This document shows, in pieces, positions 54,765-64,000 of a stretch of DNA of 64,000 bases. Position 1 is the first letter of the stretch, and every line of letters begins with the position of its first letter. The notes beneath the pieces were generated by a model that saw nothing but the letters and a program-made list of their open reading frames with translations, did not search any database and was not told the origin of the DNA. Made by a program: the position numbers and the translations under genes. Origin of the DNA: Deltaproteobacteria bacterium (GTDB lineage Bacteria; Bdellovibrionota; FAC87; UBA2466); the NCBI GenBank assembly GCA_016196825.1, contig JACPWY010000055.1:70-64069 (forward strand), in the 5' to 3' direction.

Positions 54765-55426
54765 ATCAACAGGTCCTCAAAGAAAGCTCCACACCCGGTC
54801 TTCGGATCGTAGAGCTGGATCTCCAGAATCCACCGCCCTTCGGTGGGGACAAAATCGATCTCCCAAAGTCCGTGGTTGAAGTACTGGCGATGAGAAAACT
54901 CCGACAGGCGGTGCCCATCCACATCGGTCTTGAGCTCAAAGCCCTCACCTCGCGCCTGACCACTCAGCCACTCGTAGAGCTGTCGTCCTTTGGGGCGCTC
55001 GGCCTTCCAATGGTCGCAACCTTTTCTGTAAAGAGACGCGGCGGTTCGCGCCAAATGGTCGAGGTCATCGCTCTTCCCGACGGTGAAGGTCTCGCCGATA
55101 TCCCCTTCATACTCGACGCCATCGATCACCCAATTCGGACCCAGGTCGAGAAAGAAGATGTCATCCTTTTGCAATATCGATCGCACCCTCTGGTTCTCGT
55201 TGAACTTATAGATCGTGTTCTTCCCGACCCGCACCACCGGCCGGTGCCACGCCCGTGGCGAGCCCATCCGCTGCATGTGACTGACAGCTATTTCAACGAT
55301 GGCAATCTCATCCATTCCCGGCCGCACCTCGGCCGCTATCTCATTCAATGCCCGGCGGGACAAATCCTGCGCCTTGATAAGGCCCGCCAATTGGAATACG
55401 TCCCCTGATCTCTCGAGAGGGTTCAC
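54761..55426 (-). CDS. M24/pita-bread-fold-like protein (short; creatinase/aminopeptidase-like)
   Basis: 221 aa. Segments DDIFFLDLGPNWVIDGVEYEGDIGETFTVG and ...TEGRWILEIQLYD...GAFFEDLL resemble M24 metal-ligand blocks. It is co-directional and overlapping with KMO. Confidence 0.35.
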   Translation of the reverse strand: MNPLERSGDVFQLAGLIKAQDLSRRALNEIAAEVRPGMDEIAIVEIAVSHMQRMGSPRAWHRPVVRVGKNTIYKFNENQRVRSILQKDDIFFLDLGPNWVIDGVEYEGDIGETFTVGKSDDLDHLARTAASLYRKGCDHWKAERPKGRQLYEWLSGQARGEGFELKTDVDGHRLSEFSHRQYFNHGLWEIDFVPTEGRWILEIQLYDPKTGCGAFFEDLLI

Positions 55427-56772
55427 AACATCGCCTCCACCAGCTTCTTAGCCCGCGCAATGTCGACATCCTCAGCAATCTCGATCCCATCGCACAGCTC
55501 ATCCAGAATTTTTTGCTGAATGAGCCCCTTCTCATAGGCCTCCCGGTACGGCGTGCGCGTGAACGACACCAGCGTGTAGCGCGGCACATACCGGCTCGGA
55601 AAGGCCGCTTGGAGCAGACGCTCCACCTTTTTCTCGAGTTGAAATCTTGTATCGGCCACCTTGTCGCGCATCTCGATAAAGTTCTCGATCGCCATGTCGG
55701 CTATTGCATCGGCGTTGGATTTGCGGCGCGAATAGAAATCATCAAAGGCCGCATCCCAATCCTCTCCCCACTTCTCAAGACACTCATTGAGGACGGAACA
55801 ATCCTCAAATCCGCAGTTCATCCCCTGCCCAAAAAACGGCACGATCGCATGGGCCGCGTCTCCCAGCAGAAGCACGCGACCCTTCACAAACCAGGGCCCC
55901 GCCTTTACGGTCACCATCTTCCCGGTCGGGTGGCCAAAGAACTCTTCGGTCAGATTTGGAATGTGATCCAAAGCATCCACGAACTGACTCTCAAAGAAAC
56001 TCTCAACGGCTGCCTTATCATTCAGCGCCGCGAAGCTCCTCTCCCCCTCAAAGGGCAAAAAGAGCGTGCAGGTGAAGCTCCCCTCTTCATTGGGAAGCGC
56101 AATGAGCATGTCCTTCCCGCGCGGCCAGATGTGAAGCGCGTTCTTTTCGATCGCAAACCCGCCCCCCGGAAGTGCTGGCATGACGACCTCTTTATAACCG
56201 TGGCTCAAATGCGATTCGCTCGTGTCGACTCCCATCGAGTCGCGCATCGCATGCCGAATCACCGACGCCGAGCCATCCGTGCCGAGAATCCGTTCATACG
56301 TCGCCTCTCGCCTTTTCCCGTCCCGCTCGCTCATGATCTGAAGAGTATTGGTCTCAAAATCGATTCCGGTCACCGTGGAATAAAATTGAAACCGCACGCG
56401 CCCCGTCTTTTCCGCCCCCGTCATCAACATCTTATTGAGCCCATTACGCGAAACGGAATTGATGCACTGGCCACTCGCTCCGTAAGGTTGAAACTGGTTC
56501 CGGCCGTCGAGCATGTGGACCATCCGCCCTGGCATCTGGATAATGTGCGGCAAAACTTCGTCTTTGAGCCCAATTTCTTCGAGCGCGTGAAGACCACGCA
56601 CCGAAATCGCCAAGTTGATTGAACGCCCTTCGCCCACCGACTCCCGACGCATGTCTCCGCGCCGCTCAAACACATCGCTCTGAAATCCCCTCCGCGCCAA
56701 GTAGGTTGCCAGCACCGACCCCACAAGGCCCCCGCCCACAATCGCAATAGGCGCTGTCACAGGTGTCGCCAT
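55423..56772 (-). CDS. kmo: kynurenine 3-monooxygenase
   Basis: FAD-binding N-terminus IAIVGGGLVGSVLA. The KMO-specific EGRSINLAISVRG block is present. The FAD monooxygenase fold continues throughout. Confidence 0.8.
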   Translation of the reverse strand: MATPVTAPIAIVGGGLVGSVLATYLARRGFQSDVFERRGDMRRESVGEGRSINLAISVRGLHALEEIGLKDEVLPHIIQMPGRMVHMLDGRNQFQPYGASGQCINSVSRNGLNKMLMTGAEKTGRVRFQFYSTVTGIDFETNTLQIMSERDGKRREATYERILGTDGSASVIRHAMRDSMGVDTSESHLSHGYKEVVMPALPGGGFAIEKNALHIWPRGKDMLIALPNEEGSFTCTLFLPFEGERSFAALNDKAAVESFFESQFVDALDHIPNLTEEFFGHPTGKMVTVKAGPWFVKGRVLLLGDAAHAIVPFFGQGMNCGFEDCSVLNECLEKWGEDWDAAFDDFYSRRKSNADAIADMAIENFIEMRDKVADTRFQLEKKVERLLQAAFPSRYVPRYTLVSFTRTPYREAYEKGLIQQKILDELCDGIEIAEDVDIARAKKLVEAML

Positions 56773-57974
56773 AGCTCCTCCGAAAAGTGCCATACATCTT
56801 CATAAGAATTGTAAAATGGCACCGGCGCCACCCGAATCACATCCGGGAAGCGGAAATCAGCGATAATCCCTTGCGCCTTCATGGCCCTCACGACCGCCTC
56901 AGCGCTCTTGTGGCGAAAAGACAACTGAGAACCCCGGCGGGCTGATTCGCGCGGCGTGAGAAGCTCGGCCTCAGGATTCAGGAATTCCATAAACGCCGTG
57001 AGGCGCTCGCTCTTCTTACGGATCTCACCCATCCCTGCTTCATCAAAGAGCGAAAGCGACGCCCTTAGCGCTGCGGCCTGAAAAATAGGCGGATTGGAAA
57101 CCTGCCAACGCTCGACCGTGGGAATGGGCTTGAAACCATCCGTCATAAGAAATCGGCTCTTTTTGTCATGGCCCCACCAACCCGCACACTGCGGAACATC
57201 CGCCGCATGATGCTTCTCATGAACAAAGCAGCCCGCAATCGCGCCTGGGCCTGCGTTGAGGTATTTGTACGAGCACCAAACCGCAAAATCGATCTCCCAA
57301 TCATGGAGATTCAAAGAAAGATTTCCGATCCCATGCGCTAGATCGACTCCAAAAACCACACCCGCCTTCTGAGTCGCCCGAGCCACGGCCTCGAGGTCAA
57401 ACGCCCGGCCCGTGATGTAGTTCGGCTGGCCCAAAATCACGAGAGCGATCTTTTCGCCGTTCTCCTCGATAAACCGAATGATCTCGGAATCGCTCTCGGT
57501 TTTAAGCCGCACCACCGCCTTCGCAAATCCATGAAACTCAGCCTGGGACTGCACCGCATAACGATCCGATGAAAACGCGCCATCCTCGATCACAATCCAA
57601 TGGCGATCGGTCGTGGGCCTATAGAATGACACCATCATCAAATGAAGATTCACCGTGAGCGAATTCATCGCTACGACTTCACTCGGTCGCGCCCCCGTGA
57701 GCCGGCAGAGCGGCTCCGTCAAAAACTCATGGTACGGCAGCCAGGGGAATTTCCCTTTGAGGTGCCCCTCGACGCCGAGTGTCCGCCACTGCTCGAGTTC
57801 CGCTTCAAGATACCGCTTCGTCTCGATGGGCTCCAAACCCAAGGAGTTGCCGGTCAGGTAGACCGTGTCCCTTCCCTGGTGTTGCGGCGTAAAAAACTTC
57901 GCGCGGAAACGCGCCAGGGGATCCTGCCGATCCAGCTCCTGGGCACACGCCAGGCTCTTTTCAAAAGGCTTCAT
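56757..57974 (-). CDS. kynU: kynureninase
   Basis: Hallmark YLTGNSLGLEP and PLP-dependent class V-like fold pattern. Length 405 aa. Confidence 0.85.
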   Translation of the reverse strand: MKPFEKSLACAQELDRQDPLARFRAKFFTPQHQGRDTVYLTGNSLGLEPIETKRYLEAELEQWRTLGVEGHLKGKFPWLPYHEFLTEPLCRLTGARPSEVVAMNSLTVNLHLMMVSFYRPTTDRHWIVIEDGAFSSDRYAVQSQAEFHGFAKAVVRLKTESDSEIIRFIEENGEKIALVILGQPNYITGRAFDLEAVARATQKAGVVFGVDLAHGIGNLSLNLHDWEIDFAVWCSYKYLNAGPGAIAGCFVHEKHHAADVPQCAGWWGHDKKSRFLMTDGFKPIPTVERWQVSNPPIFQAAALRASLSLFDEAGMGEIRKKSERLTAFMEFLNPEAELLTPRESARRGSQLSFRHKSAEAVVRAMKAQGIIADFRFPDVIRVAPVPFYNSYEDVWHFSEELWRHL

Positions 57975-58969
57975 GGCAGCCCCAGCCAGACACGAGCATT
58001 GCCGGCGAGCATTCCGGTCTTCTCTACCTCAGACAGATCGGACATCGACTGGATCATTTCACCCGGGCGAAGTTCACCCAGCGGAAACGGGTAGTCGGAC
58101 CCCAACAAAATCTTGTCGGCGCCAAAGACCTTCAGGCAATGGCGAAGAAGATCCGGAGCGTGGACTATCGAATCCACGAAAAAATGGCCCAAATATTTCT
58201 TGGGGTTCACGGGATTCTGCGTGGCTACAAGATCCGGTCTCGCGCTAAAGCCGTGTTCCATCCGACCATACACACTCGCAAAGCTCCCGCCCCCATGCGC
58301 GAAAGCCACCCGCAGCTTGGGGAATTTTTCAAACACACCGCCAAAGATGAAATGGGCGATGGCGAGCGCTGTTTCCGTCGGCATCCCGATGAGCCATGGC
58401 AACCAATACCGATCCATCCGCTCTTTCCCCAACATCTCCCAAGGGTGAACAAAGAGCGCCGCCCCCAGACGCTCAGCCTCCGCGTAAAAGGGAAATAACG
58501 ACGCATCATCGAGGCTACGACCATTGAAGTGGGTCCCGATCTGCACACCACTGAGTTTGAGATCCTTCACAACCCTTTGGAGCTCCAGCGTCGCCAGCTC
58601 GGCGTCCTGCAAAGGCACCGTCGCCAACCCCAAAAACCTCTTCGGGTGCTGGGCCACGACACCTGCCAGGTGATCGTTCAAGAAGCGCGCCACCTCGAGC
58701 GTGTCTCTTCCTTTGGCCCAATAGTTAAACATCACCGGAACCGTCGATAAAACTTGGGTGGCCACACCCTGAGCATCGCACTCTTCAACGCGACGTTTCG
58801 GATCCCAGCAGTTGTCCCCGACCTCGCGAAAGAATCGCCCGTCGTCATACACCATACGCGCGTTACACCCGGCCTTATGCTGCACCTCGATGAACCCTCC
58901 GTATCCAAAGCGCTCCGCAAAACGCGGCACCCTTTTGGGAAGGATGTGGGTGTGGACGTCGATCTTCAC
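57971..58969 (-). CDS. 2-amino-3-carboxymuconate-6-semialdehyde decarboxylase (amidohydrolase_2)
   Basis: [11 protein letters not shown]-terminal metal-binding motif. The ACMSD-like pattern continues through ...FVHPWEM. A GTG start at 58969 overlaps the upstream stop (GTGA). Confidence 0.75.
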   Translation of the reverse strand: MKIDVHTHILPKRVPRFAERFGYGGFIEVQHKAGCNARMVYDDGRFFREVGDNCWDPKRRVEECDAQGVATQVLSTVPVMFNYWAKGRDTLEVARFLNDHLAGVVAQHPKRFLGLATVPLQDAELATLELQRVVKDLKLSGVQIGTHFNGRSLDDASLFPFYAEAERLGAALFVHPWEMLGKERMDRYWLPWLIGMPTETALAIAHFIFGGVFEKFPKLRVAFAHGGGSFASVYGRMEHGFSARPDLVATQNPVNPKKYLGHFFVDSIVHAPDLLRHCLKVFGADKILLGSDYPFPLGELRPGEMIQSMSDLSEVEKTGMLAGNARVWLGLP

Positions 58970-59502
58970 GCGGCCTTCTCCACCTTCGTTCCACACTGGG
59001 GACAGGTGCATTTCGCGGGATCGGAATAGAACCGGTCAAACACTGGCGGGAGCTGCGAGACGATGTTGGTGAGCCTGAAAAATTCATCGTAGAGGCGGGT
59101 ATTACAATTGGGGCAGTACCAGACAAAACCATCGAGTTCATGGGGCAGGCGTTTGCGCTCAACGACAAGCCCGACGGTGTTGGCCGGCCGCTGGGGGGAA
59201 TGCGGCACCTTTCGCGGCAGGAGATAGATCTCCCCCTGGCGAATGGGAATCTCGTAGGGCTTGCCCTCTTTCATGATTCGCAACGTGATGTCACCCTCGA
59301 TCTGATAAAAAAACTCCTCACCCTCATTCACATGGTAATCGGTTCGTCGGTTCGGCCCGCCCACCACCATAATGATGAACTCTCTGTCCTCCCACACCTG
59401 CTGATTGCCGACGGGCGGCTTGAGAAGGTGCCGGTGCTCATCGATCCACTTCTGAAAATTAATGGCCTGAAAAAACTCCATCACGTCACTCCAAAGTCGC
59501 AA
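58966..59502 (-). CDS. 3-hydroxyanthranilate 3,4-dioxygenase
   Basis: Cupin HAO pattern (...[30 protein letters not shown]...). C-terminal rubredoxin-like CPNC...CPQC. The start is either 59502 or the internal MEFFQ at 59481. Confidence 0.8.
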   Translation of the reverse strand: MRLWSDVMEFFQAINFQKWIDEHRHLLKPPVGNQQVWEDREFIIMVVGGPNRRTDYHVNEGEEFFYQIEGDITLRIMKEGKPYEIPIRQGEIYLLPRKVPHSPQRPANTVGLVVERKRLPHELDGFVWYCPNCNTRLYDEFFRLTNIVSQLPPVFDRFYSDPAKCTCPQCGTKVEKAA

Positions 59503-59914
59503 TGCATTTCAGCTCGATCGCAATCGGCGTCGGGAGGCTTGTGATCCCGAGAGTGGTGCGGCACGGCTGGTGGGTTTTGAAATATTCACTATAGATCTTG
59601 TTATAGATCGGAAAATCGTCGCGCATGTTGGTGAGGTAGACCGTCACATCCACCAATCTGTCCCAACCGCTTCCGGCCTCCTCGAGAATCACCTTCACAT
59701 TGTGAAAGACCGAGTGACACTGCTGGGCGATGTCGTAGCTCGTAATCTTACCGTCAGGGCCAAGTGTCACGCCCGGAATCTCCTTTTTGCCTCGTTCGCG
59801 CGGCCCCACGCCCGACAGAAACAACAGGTTTCCCACCCGGCGCGCGTGCGGGTAGGCCCCCACCGGTTCCGGGGCTCGACTCGATCTCACCTCATCGGAC
59901 TTGAATGCAGACAT
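59486..59914 (-). CDS. RidA/YjgF family deaminase (2-aminomuconate deaminase-like)
   Basis: RidA fold signature: 142 aa ...[19 protein letters not shown]... and C-terminal ...[21 protein letters not shown]. Confidence 0.75.
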   Translation of the reverse strand: MSAFKSDEVRSSRAPEPVGAYPHARRVGNLLFLSGVGPRERGKKEIPGVTLGPDGKITSYDIAQQCHSVFHNVKVILEEAGSGWDRLVDVTVYLTNMRDDFPIYNKIYSEYFKTHQPCRTTLGITSLPTPIAIELKCIATLE

Positions 59915-61376
59915 TTTTCGACTCCGTAAAGAATCTCATCGCCTCAAAACCACCCTCGCGCCCCAGTCCCGACTGTTTCACGCCGCCAAAAGGGGTGCGT
60001 AGGTCGCGCACCATCCAGCAGTTGCCCCACACCATCCCCACTTCAAGCCCCTGGCCAAATCGGTGGAGACGACCTGCGTCGGCGGTCCACACGCTCGCGG
60101 CAAGGCCATACACCGATTGGTTTGCAAGCCCCAACGCCTCGTTCTCCGTGTCAAAAGGAACCAGGGTGACGACAGGGCCAAAGATCTCCTCTTGGTTCGT
60201 ACGACAATCATTTTTCAAACCGGTAATGACGGTCGGCTCGATAAACCACCCCTTCGCGCAACGCCCCCGAGCGGCGAATCGCTGGCCCCCACAAAGAATT
60301 TTTCCGCCCTCTTTCCGAGCGAATTCCAGGTAGCCCATCACCTTCTTGAAATGGGTCTCCGAGACCACAGCGCCCTGGTCGGTGGCTTCGTCGTCGGGAT
60401 CTCCAACGCGCAATCGCTGAACGCGCTCGACAAAACCTTGCGTGAATTTGTCAAAGAGCGACCGCTCAACAAGGATGCGCGATCCACAGAGACAGATCTG
60501 CCCCTGGTTGGAGAAGCCGGCCCGCACACACTCGCTCAACGTCCGATCAAAATCACAGTCGGCAAAAACAATTGTCGCATTCTTGCCCCCCATCTCAAGC
60601 GACACCTTCTTGAAATCCTTCGCGACCGCTTCACTGATAGCTCGCCCGGTCGCCGTGCTGCCGGTGAAGGTTACTGCCTTAACGTCGGGGTGAGTCACAA
60701 GCGGAGATCCCACTCGAGGTCCGCTGCCGTGAACGATGTTGAGAACGCCCGCAGGAAACCCCATTTCACTCGCGAGTTTTCCCAGAAGTCCCGCGGTCAA
60801 TGGCGTTATTTCCGAGGGCTTTGCGACCACGCAATTCCCGGCAGCCAAAGCCGGCGCGATCTTCCAAGTGAACAGATAAAGCGGCAGGTTCCACGGAGAG
60901 ATCGCCCCCACTACCCCCAAAGGCTTTCTCAGCGTGTAATGGATCGCATCCCCCGAGGCGTGGCTTTCCGACGCAAACTGGGTTGCCACGTCAGCGAAGA
61001 ATTCGAAATTGAGAATGCTCCGGGGGATGTCCACCGACCGCGCCACTGAGCGGGGCTTGCCCGTGTTTTGGCTTTCCGCTTCTGCCATGAGCTCGAGGTT
61101 ATCACTGATTGAGGTCGCCAGGCGCCGGAGCCATCGGCCCCGTTCCTGTGCGGAGAGTGCACTCCAGAAGGGGAATGCATGCCGCGCGGCCTCTATCGCA
61201 TTCGCCACGTCGGCCGCGCCGGAATCGGGCGCGTTCCCCAAAACCGCCCCCGCGGCCGGCTCAAAAAACGGGAGCGTCCCACCCTCGGTCGCGGGCACGA
61301 GCTTGCCATCGATAAGATTCAAAACTGACTGCACGCGACTAGTTTTGTCGGGGGAGGCACGAAGTGCAAGGGACAA
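59892..61376 (-). CDS. aldehyde dehydrogenase (2-aminomuconate-6-semialdehyde dehydrogenase-like)
   Basis: Aldehyde dehydrogenase family: ...ISPWNLPLYLFTWKIAPALAAGNCVVAKPSE, ELGGKN, and catalytic Cys in GQICLCGSR. It belongs to the kynurenine cluster. Confidence 0.8.
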   Translation of the reverse strand: MSLALRASPDKTSRVQSVLNLIDGKLVPATEGGTLPFFEPAAGAVLGNAPDSGAADVANAIEAARHAFPFWSALSAQERGRWLRRLATSISDNLELMAEAESQNTGKPRSVARSVDIPRSILNFEFFADVATQFASESHASGDAIHYTLRKPLGVVGAISPWNLPLYLFTWKIAPALAAGNCVVAKPSEITPLTAGLLGKLASEMGFPAGVLNIVHGSGPRVGSPLVTHPDVKAVTFTGSTATGRAISEAVAKDFKKVSLEMGGKNATIVFADCDFDRTLSECVRAGFSNQGQICLCGSRILVERSLFDKFTQGFVERVQRLRVGDPDDEATDQGAVVSETHFKKVMGYLEFARKEGGKILCGGQRFAARGRCAKGWFIEPTVITGLKNDCRTNQEEIFGPVVTLVPFDTENEALGLANQSVYGLAASVWTADAGRLHRFGQGLEVGMVWGNCWMVRDLRTPFGGVKQSGLGREGGFEAMRFFTESKNVCIQVR

Positions 61377-61411
61377 GTTGTGACTGAAAGCTCAGACGGT
61401 TAGGGGCTGCC

Positions 61412-62530
61412 TCAGGGAAACTCCATGGCCCACCAGGTCTGGAAGAGTGTGCAGGGGGCGCCGCCGCCACAGACATTGCCGCCGCCGTGGCTGTTGCCGC
61501 CGTTACCCTTGATGACAAGCAGATTATTGGTGGCCGAGCCACCCTGGTTCTTGGCGGGAAGACTTAAGTGGTCATAGTACATCGATTCGTAATCGTTGAA
61601 GGTGCTGTGACACGTCAAACAGCTTCCGATGCCGTTCTTCACCGTATTGTTGAAATAGTTCGTCCCCGCTGTCGTCGGCGAGTAGAGGAGATAATTGTAC
61701 GGACTCTTCGACAGAACTGAGGCCGTGCCGCCGCTTAAGCTCGGCGCGTCTGTGAAAAGGGTGTGGTTAGTCCCGTTGCGATACGCGGCTGGAATCTGGA
61801 AATTGAAGCCGTGATTACCGGAAAAGCCCGACGGCGGCGTCGCCAGATTCGCGGTCGTCGATCCGATGAGCGTCCCGGTCCCTTTGGGCCCATCGATATA
61901 GAAATTGATCACAACCGGTGAGGTCTGGGCCCCGATGTCGACCGCCCACCCCAGCACCTGGCCCCGGTTAGTCATGAGGGTGATTTGGCCGATAGGAGAC
62001 GAGCTCGTCACACCACCGCGTGAAGCCACCTCTTTCGCCCACCAGATCTTCACCTCGAAGCATGGCGAGTTGTTGCTACTCCCTGAACAGACGTCTCCGC
62101 CGGTGTGGGCAATCTGATTTCGCATTCGGCTCATCAGGGAATTTGTATCGGGGCTCGATCCGTTGAGAAGCTGGGCCACCATCTTGTCATAAGAATAGAT
62201 CGTCAGACCGCCCGAACCGCCAAAGCGCGGGTCGTTGTGACAGCTCGTGCATTGCGCCTGAAACGAAAGAGCCACCGTGTTGGCGAAATAGGAGGAGGGA
62301 GAATTCGGATCGCCCCCAATAGCCCCACCGCCCCCTGACCCATTTCCGGACCCAGAACCAGTGGACCCATTGCCCCCAGCCGCACTCCCCAGCTGCGAGG
62401 GAAACCGAAACCCGCAGCCCGAAAGGGCCACCAGGACGCAAATGGCCAGGATAGCAGTAACTTGAGAGTACTTCGTGTGAGTGGGCACGCCCCTAATAAG
62501 TGCAATCCCCAGGCCCAAACGCCCACGCAC
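61412..62530 (-). CDS. lipoprotein with two CxxCH motifs (putative di-heme c-type cytochrome-like) and Gly/Ser-rich linker
   Basis: Lipobox-like ILAICVLVALSGC. The low-complexity stretch GGNGSTGSGSGNGSGGGG. CTSCH and CLTCH heme-binding-type motifs. Confidence 0.5.
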   Translation of the reverse strand: MRGRLGLGIALIRGVPTHTKYSQVTAILAICVLVALSGCGFRFPSQLGSAAGGNGSTGSGSGNGSGGGGAIGGDPNSPSSYFANTVALSFQAQCTSCHNDPRFGGSGGLTIYSYDKMVAQLLNGSSPDTNSLMSRMRNQIAHTGGDVCSGSSNNSPCFEVKIWWAKEVASRGGVTSSSPIGQITLMTNRGQVLGWAVDIGAQTSPVVINFYIDGPKGTGTLIGSTTANLATPPSGFSGNHGFNFQIPAAYRNGTNHTLFTDAPSLSGGTASVLSKSPYNYLLYSPTTAGTNYFNNTVKNGIGSCLTCHSTFNDYESMYYDHLSLPAKNQGGSATNNLLVIKGNGGNSHGGGNVCGGGAPCTLFQTWWAMEFP

Positions 62531-62725
62531 ACAACAATCGCCAATTTCATAATCGCCTGTCTAAATTCTAGACACCTGTCAGGACCTTGGGCGAAGCGGT
62601 TTTTTTTCTCTTTTTTGTGCAAGTGGTTAATTGCTCGTTGCGCCGCACGCCAAGGGCAGGCCGCGTCTCCATTGAGATTGCCCCAGCGTAATTGACCTTC
62701 GATTGGTCGTGCAGCTCTATCTGGG

Positions 62726-63646
62726 TCATCTACTGGTTTCTAAAGCTCGACCATCCTGCCCATGGCTTTTGCCCCTTCCCCAATCAACCCTGGGGGTAAT
62801 TTGCGGCCTCTCCCACCGAGGAAAATCCAGGCATGCTTTGGCGAGATTGTGGGCTCTGCACAGGAGCCTGAGGTTTTCTAGATCGCGACTGCTCCCACCC
62901 AAAGCGTATGGCCGAATGTGATCGATCTGGAGATGTGCGGTTTGGTTGCACCGAACGCCGTTCGGACCGACATACGAGCATTGATAACCATCACGATCTT
63001 TTACCTCTTTCGCCGTATGTGCAAGTACCCGGTGCGTGTGACGTGGCGTGACGGTGTTCCGGGTTTTCTTCTGTCTCACGAAGCTTTTGAGTACTCTTTT
63101 TAAGAGCACAGCTCCATCCTTTTCCGAGGCGAGTCTCTTTGCCTGTTCGAGAAGTTCTTTGAGTTCCTCGTCTAAGACGATTTTCAAAATCTCCTTTTGG
63201 ATCTTTTCAGGAAATTCCTTGGCCAAGATATCCGCCACCTCCCGGGATGGTTTGTTGATGACCTTGGGAAGAAGGTCTTGAGCGTTAGACTTCTCAAGAA
63301 CAGGAGAAAGCAGAGTGAGAGAGGTTAAAGACAGAGTCCCGTTCTCAAGAAGAGGCTTCACCTCGACTACTTTTTGACTCAGCCGACAGGCCTGAATTCG
63401 TCGGTGGGTTTCCCCCTCGGAGTACCCAAGATATCGAATACAAAAATCATAAAGACTGGCGTAGCCTTCCTTGAGCCACAGCCGGCGACGATCCACTTCA
63501 CCCAAGTAATCAAGGACCCGACTAGTCTGAGTCTTTTCCTTAAGCACCGCAGTCTTTGTTTCAACCAATAGAGTTTCATCACAGATATTTTCAAACATAG
63601 AACCTCTCAATTGAGATGACTCTAACCCGAGTTTTTGACGATGCAT
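62726..63646 (-). CDS. HNH endonuclease / DUF222 (13E12-repeat) family protein
   Basis: C-terminal HNH: CSYVGPNGVRCNQTAHLQIDHIRPYALGGSSRDLENLRLLCRAHN. The N-terminal DUF222-like helical region is paralogous to the partial gene at 1-434. Confidence 0.8.
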   Translation of the reverse strand: MHRQKLGLESSQLRGSMFENICDETLLVETKTAVLKEKTQTSRVLDYLGEVDRRRLWLKEGYASLYDFCIRYLGYSEGETHRRIQACRLSQKVVEVKPLLENGTLSLTSLTLLSPVLEKSNAQDLLPKVINKPSREVADILAKEFPEKIQKEILKIVLDEELKELLEQAKRLASEKDGAVLLKRVLKSFVRQKKTRNTVTPRHTHRVLAHTAKEVKDRDGYQCSYVGPNGVRCNQTAHLQIDHIRPYALGGSSRDLENLRLLCRAHNLAKACLDFPRWERPQITPRVDWGRGKSHGQDGRALETSR

Positions 63647-63907
63647 TTTTCACTGCAAAAAACCCAATGAAATCGCAAGATGGTCACAGAAAATTGATAG
63701 TTTTTGAAAACAGAAAAAATATCCCCTCAAAAATCGATCTGACTACAACGACTTACCGTCGATAAATCTGAACAACATCGGGATTTCGTCAATCACAAAA
63801 TGGAATTTCTGAATATTTTTTTACTAAAAATGTGAGCGCTTCATAAACCGCACCTGGAAGTCGTAAATCCGAATCCTTATGCTGGGCCCATTAAGGAGGT
63901 CTGGCAG

Positions 63908-64000
63908 ATGGGTCCAATCAATCAGGAAAAAGAGAAGTTTTGGCGGGCGAAGATGGCCGAGGCGAAGGAGCACGGCGGCTCGATTGACGGGTTTTGTAGG
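63908..64000 (+). CDS. start of unknown CDS (truncated by window end)
   Basis: AAGGAGG lies 8 nt upstream of ATG 63908. MGPINQEKEKFWRAKMAEAKEHGGSIDGFC... It follows a 250-bp AT-rich segment. Confidence 0.35.
   Translation, partial: MGPINQEKEKFWRAKMAEAKEHGGSIDGFCR

Noticed and set aside
54761-55426. Calling the 221-aa protein kynurenine formamidase (KynB).
   Set aside because: It lacks the HxGTHxDxPxH cyclase-family motif. The sequence instead resembles a short M24/pita-bread fold, so it was left as M24-like hypothetical.

Overview
This is a 64-kb high-GC (about 58-60%) bacterial chromosomal window. Lipoprotein signal peptides, c-di-GMP domains and conserved housekeeping synteny point to a Gram-negative genome, possibly of predatory or delta-like lineage.

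Layout, left to right:
- 1-434: a partial HNH/DUF222-family gene on the minus strand, followed by an AT-rich patch with a 15-bp perfect inverted repeat.
- 1226-1872: a small two-gene cassette joined by an ATGA overlap.
- 2077-8623: two tandem paralogous secreted S8 subtilisin genes, then a 1,200-aa hypothetical membrane/secreted protein, all on the plus strand.
- 8634-15349: a minus-strand housekeeping block in the order mutL, miaA, yicC, remA(DUF370), gmk, rel.
- 15946-16606: a Phd/YefM-VapC toxin-antitoxin pair, followed by a DUF4143 AAA+ ATPase.
- 18072-22871: an FHA-GGDEF diguanylate cyclase, pgi, two tandem acyl-CoA dehydrogenases and a small hypothetical.
- 22984-24087: a legumain-like C13 peptidase.
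- 24116-24198: a tRNA-Ser(CGA) missed by the ORF track.
- 24265-27260: two secreted hypotheticals and a GT1/GT4 glycosyltransferase.
- 27421-39474: a PilZ gene directly upstream of an 11.5-kb gene for a 3,847-aa giant lipoprotein. It has about 8 N-terminal Cys-containing repeats and about 25 tandem 100-aa HYDIN/VesB/CFA65-type Ig-like modules.
- 39502-40257: RNase HI.
- 40591-49061: a complete reductive pyrimidine-catabolism operon (mmsA, dihydropyrimidinase, beta-ureidopropionase-like CN-hydrolase, class-III aminotransferase, PreA-like dehydrogenase, then an NCS1 permease). It lacks PreT and is interrupted by a second VapBC pair.
- 50242-50380: a 140-bp nested palindrome in a divergent intergenic region.
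- 50436-54764: a secreted hypothetical, a GH26 hydrolase, a small Cys-rich ORF, an NTase-fold gene coupled to a 35-aa ORF, and an Fcy1-type cytosine deaminase.
- 54761-61376: a kynurenine-to-2-aminomuconate cluster (M24-like protein, KMO, kynureninase, ACMSD, 3-HAO, RidA, AMSDH), minus strand.
- 61412-63646: a CxxCH-containing lipoprotein and a second HNH/DUF222 paralog next to an AT-rich region.

No CRISPR array or rRNA was seen. The most unusual element is the PilZ-giant Ig-repeat lipoprotein locus next to the tRNA-Ser.
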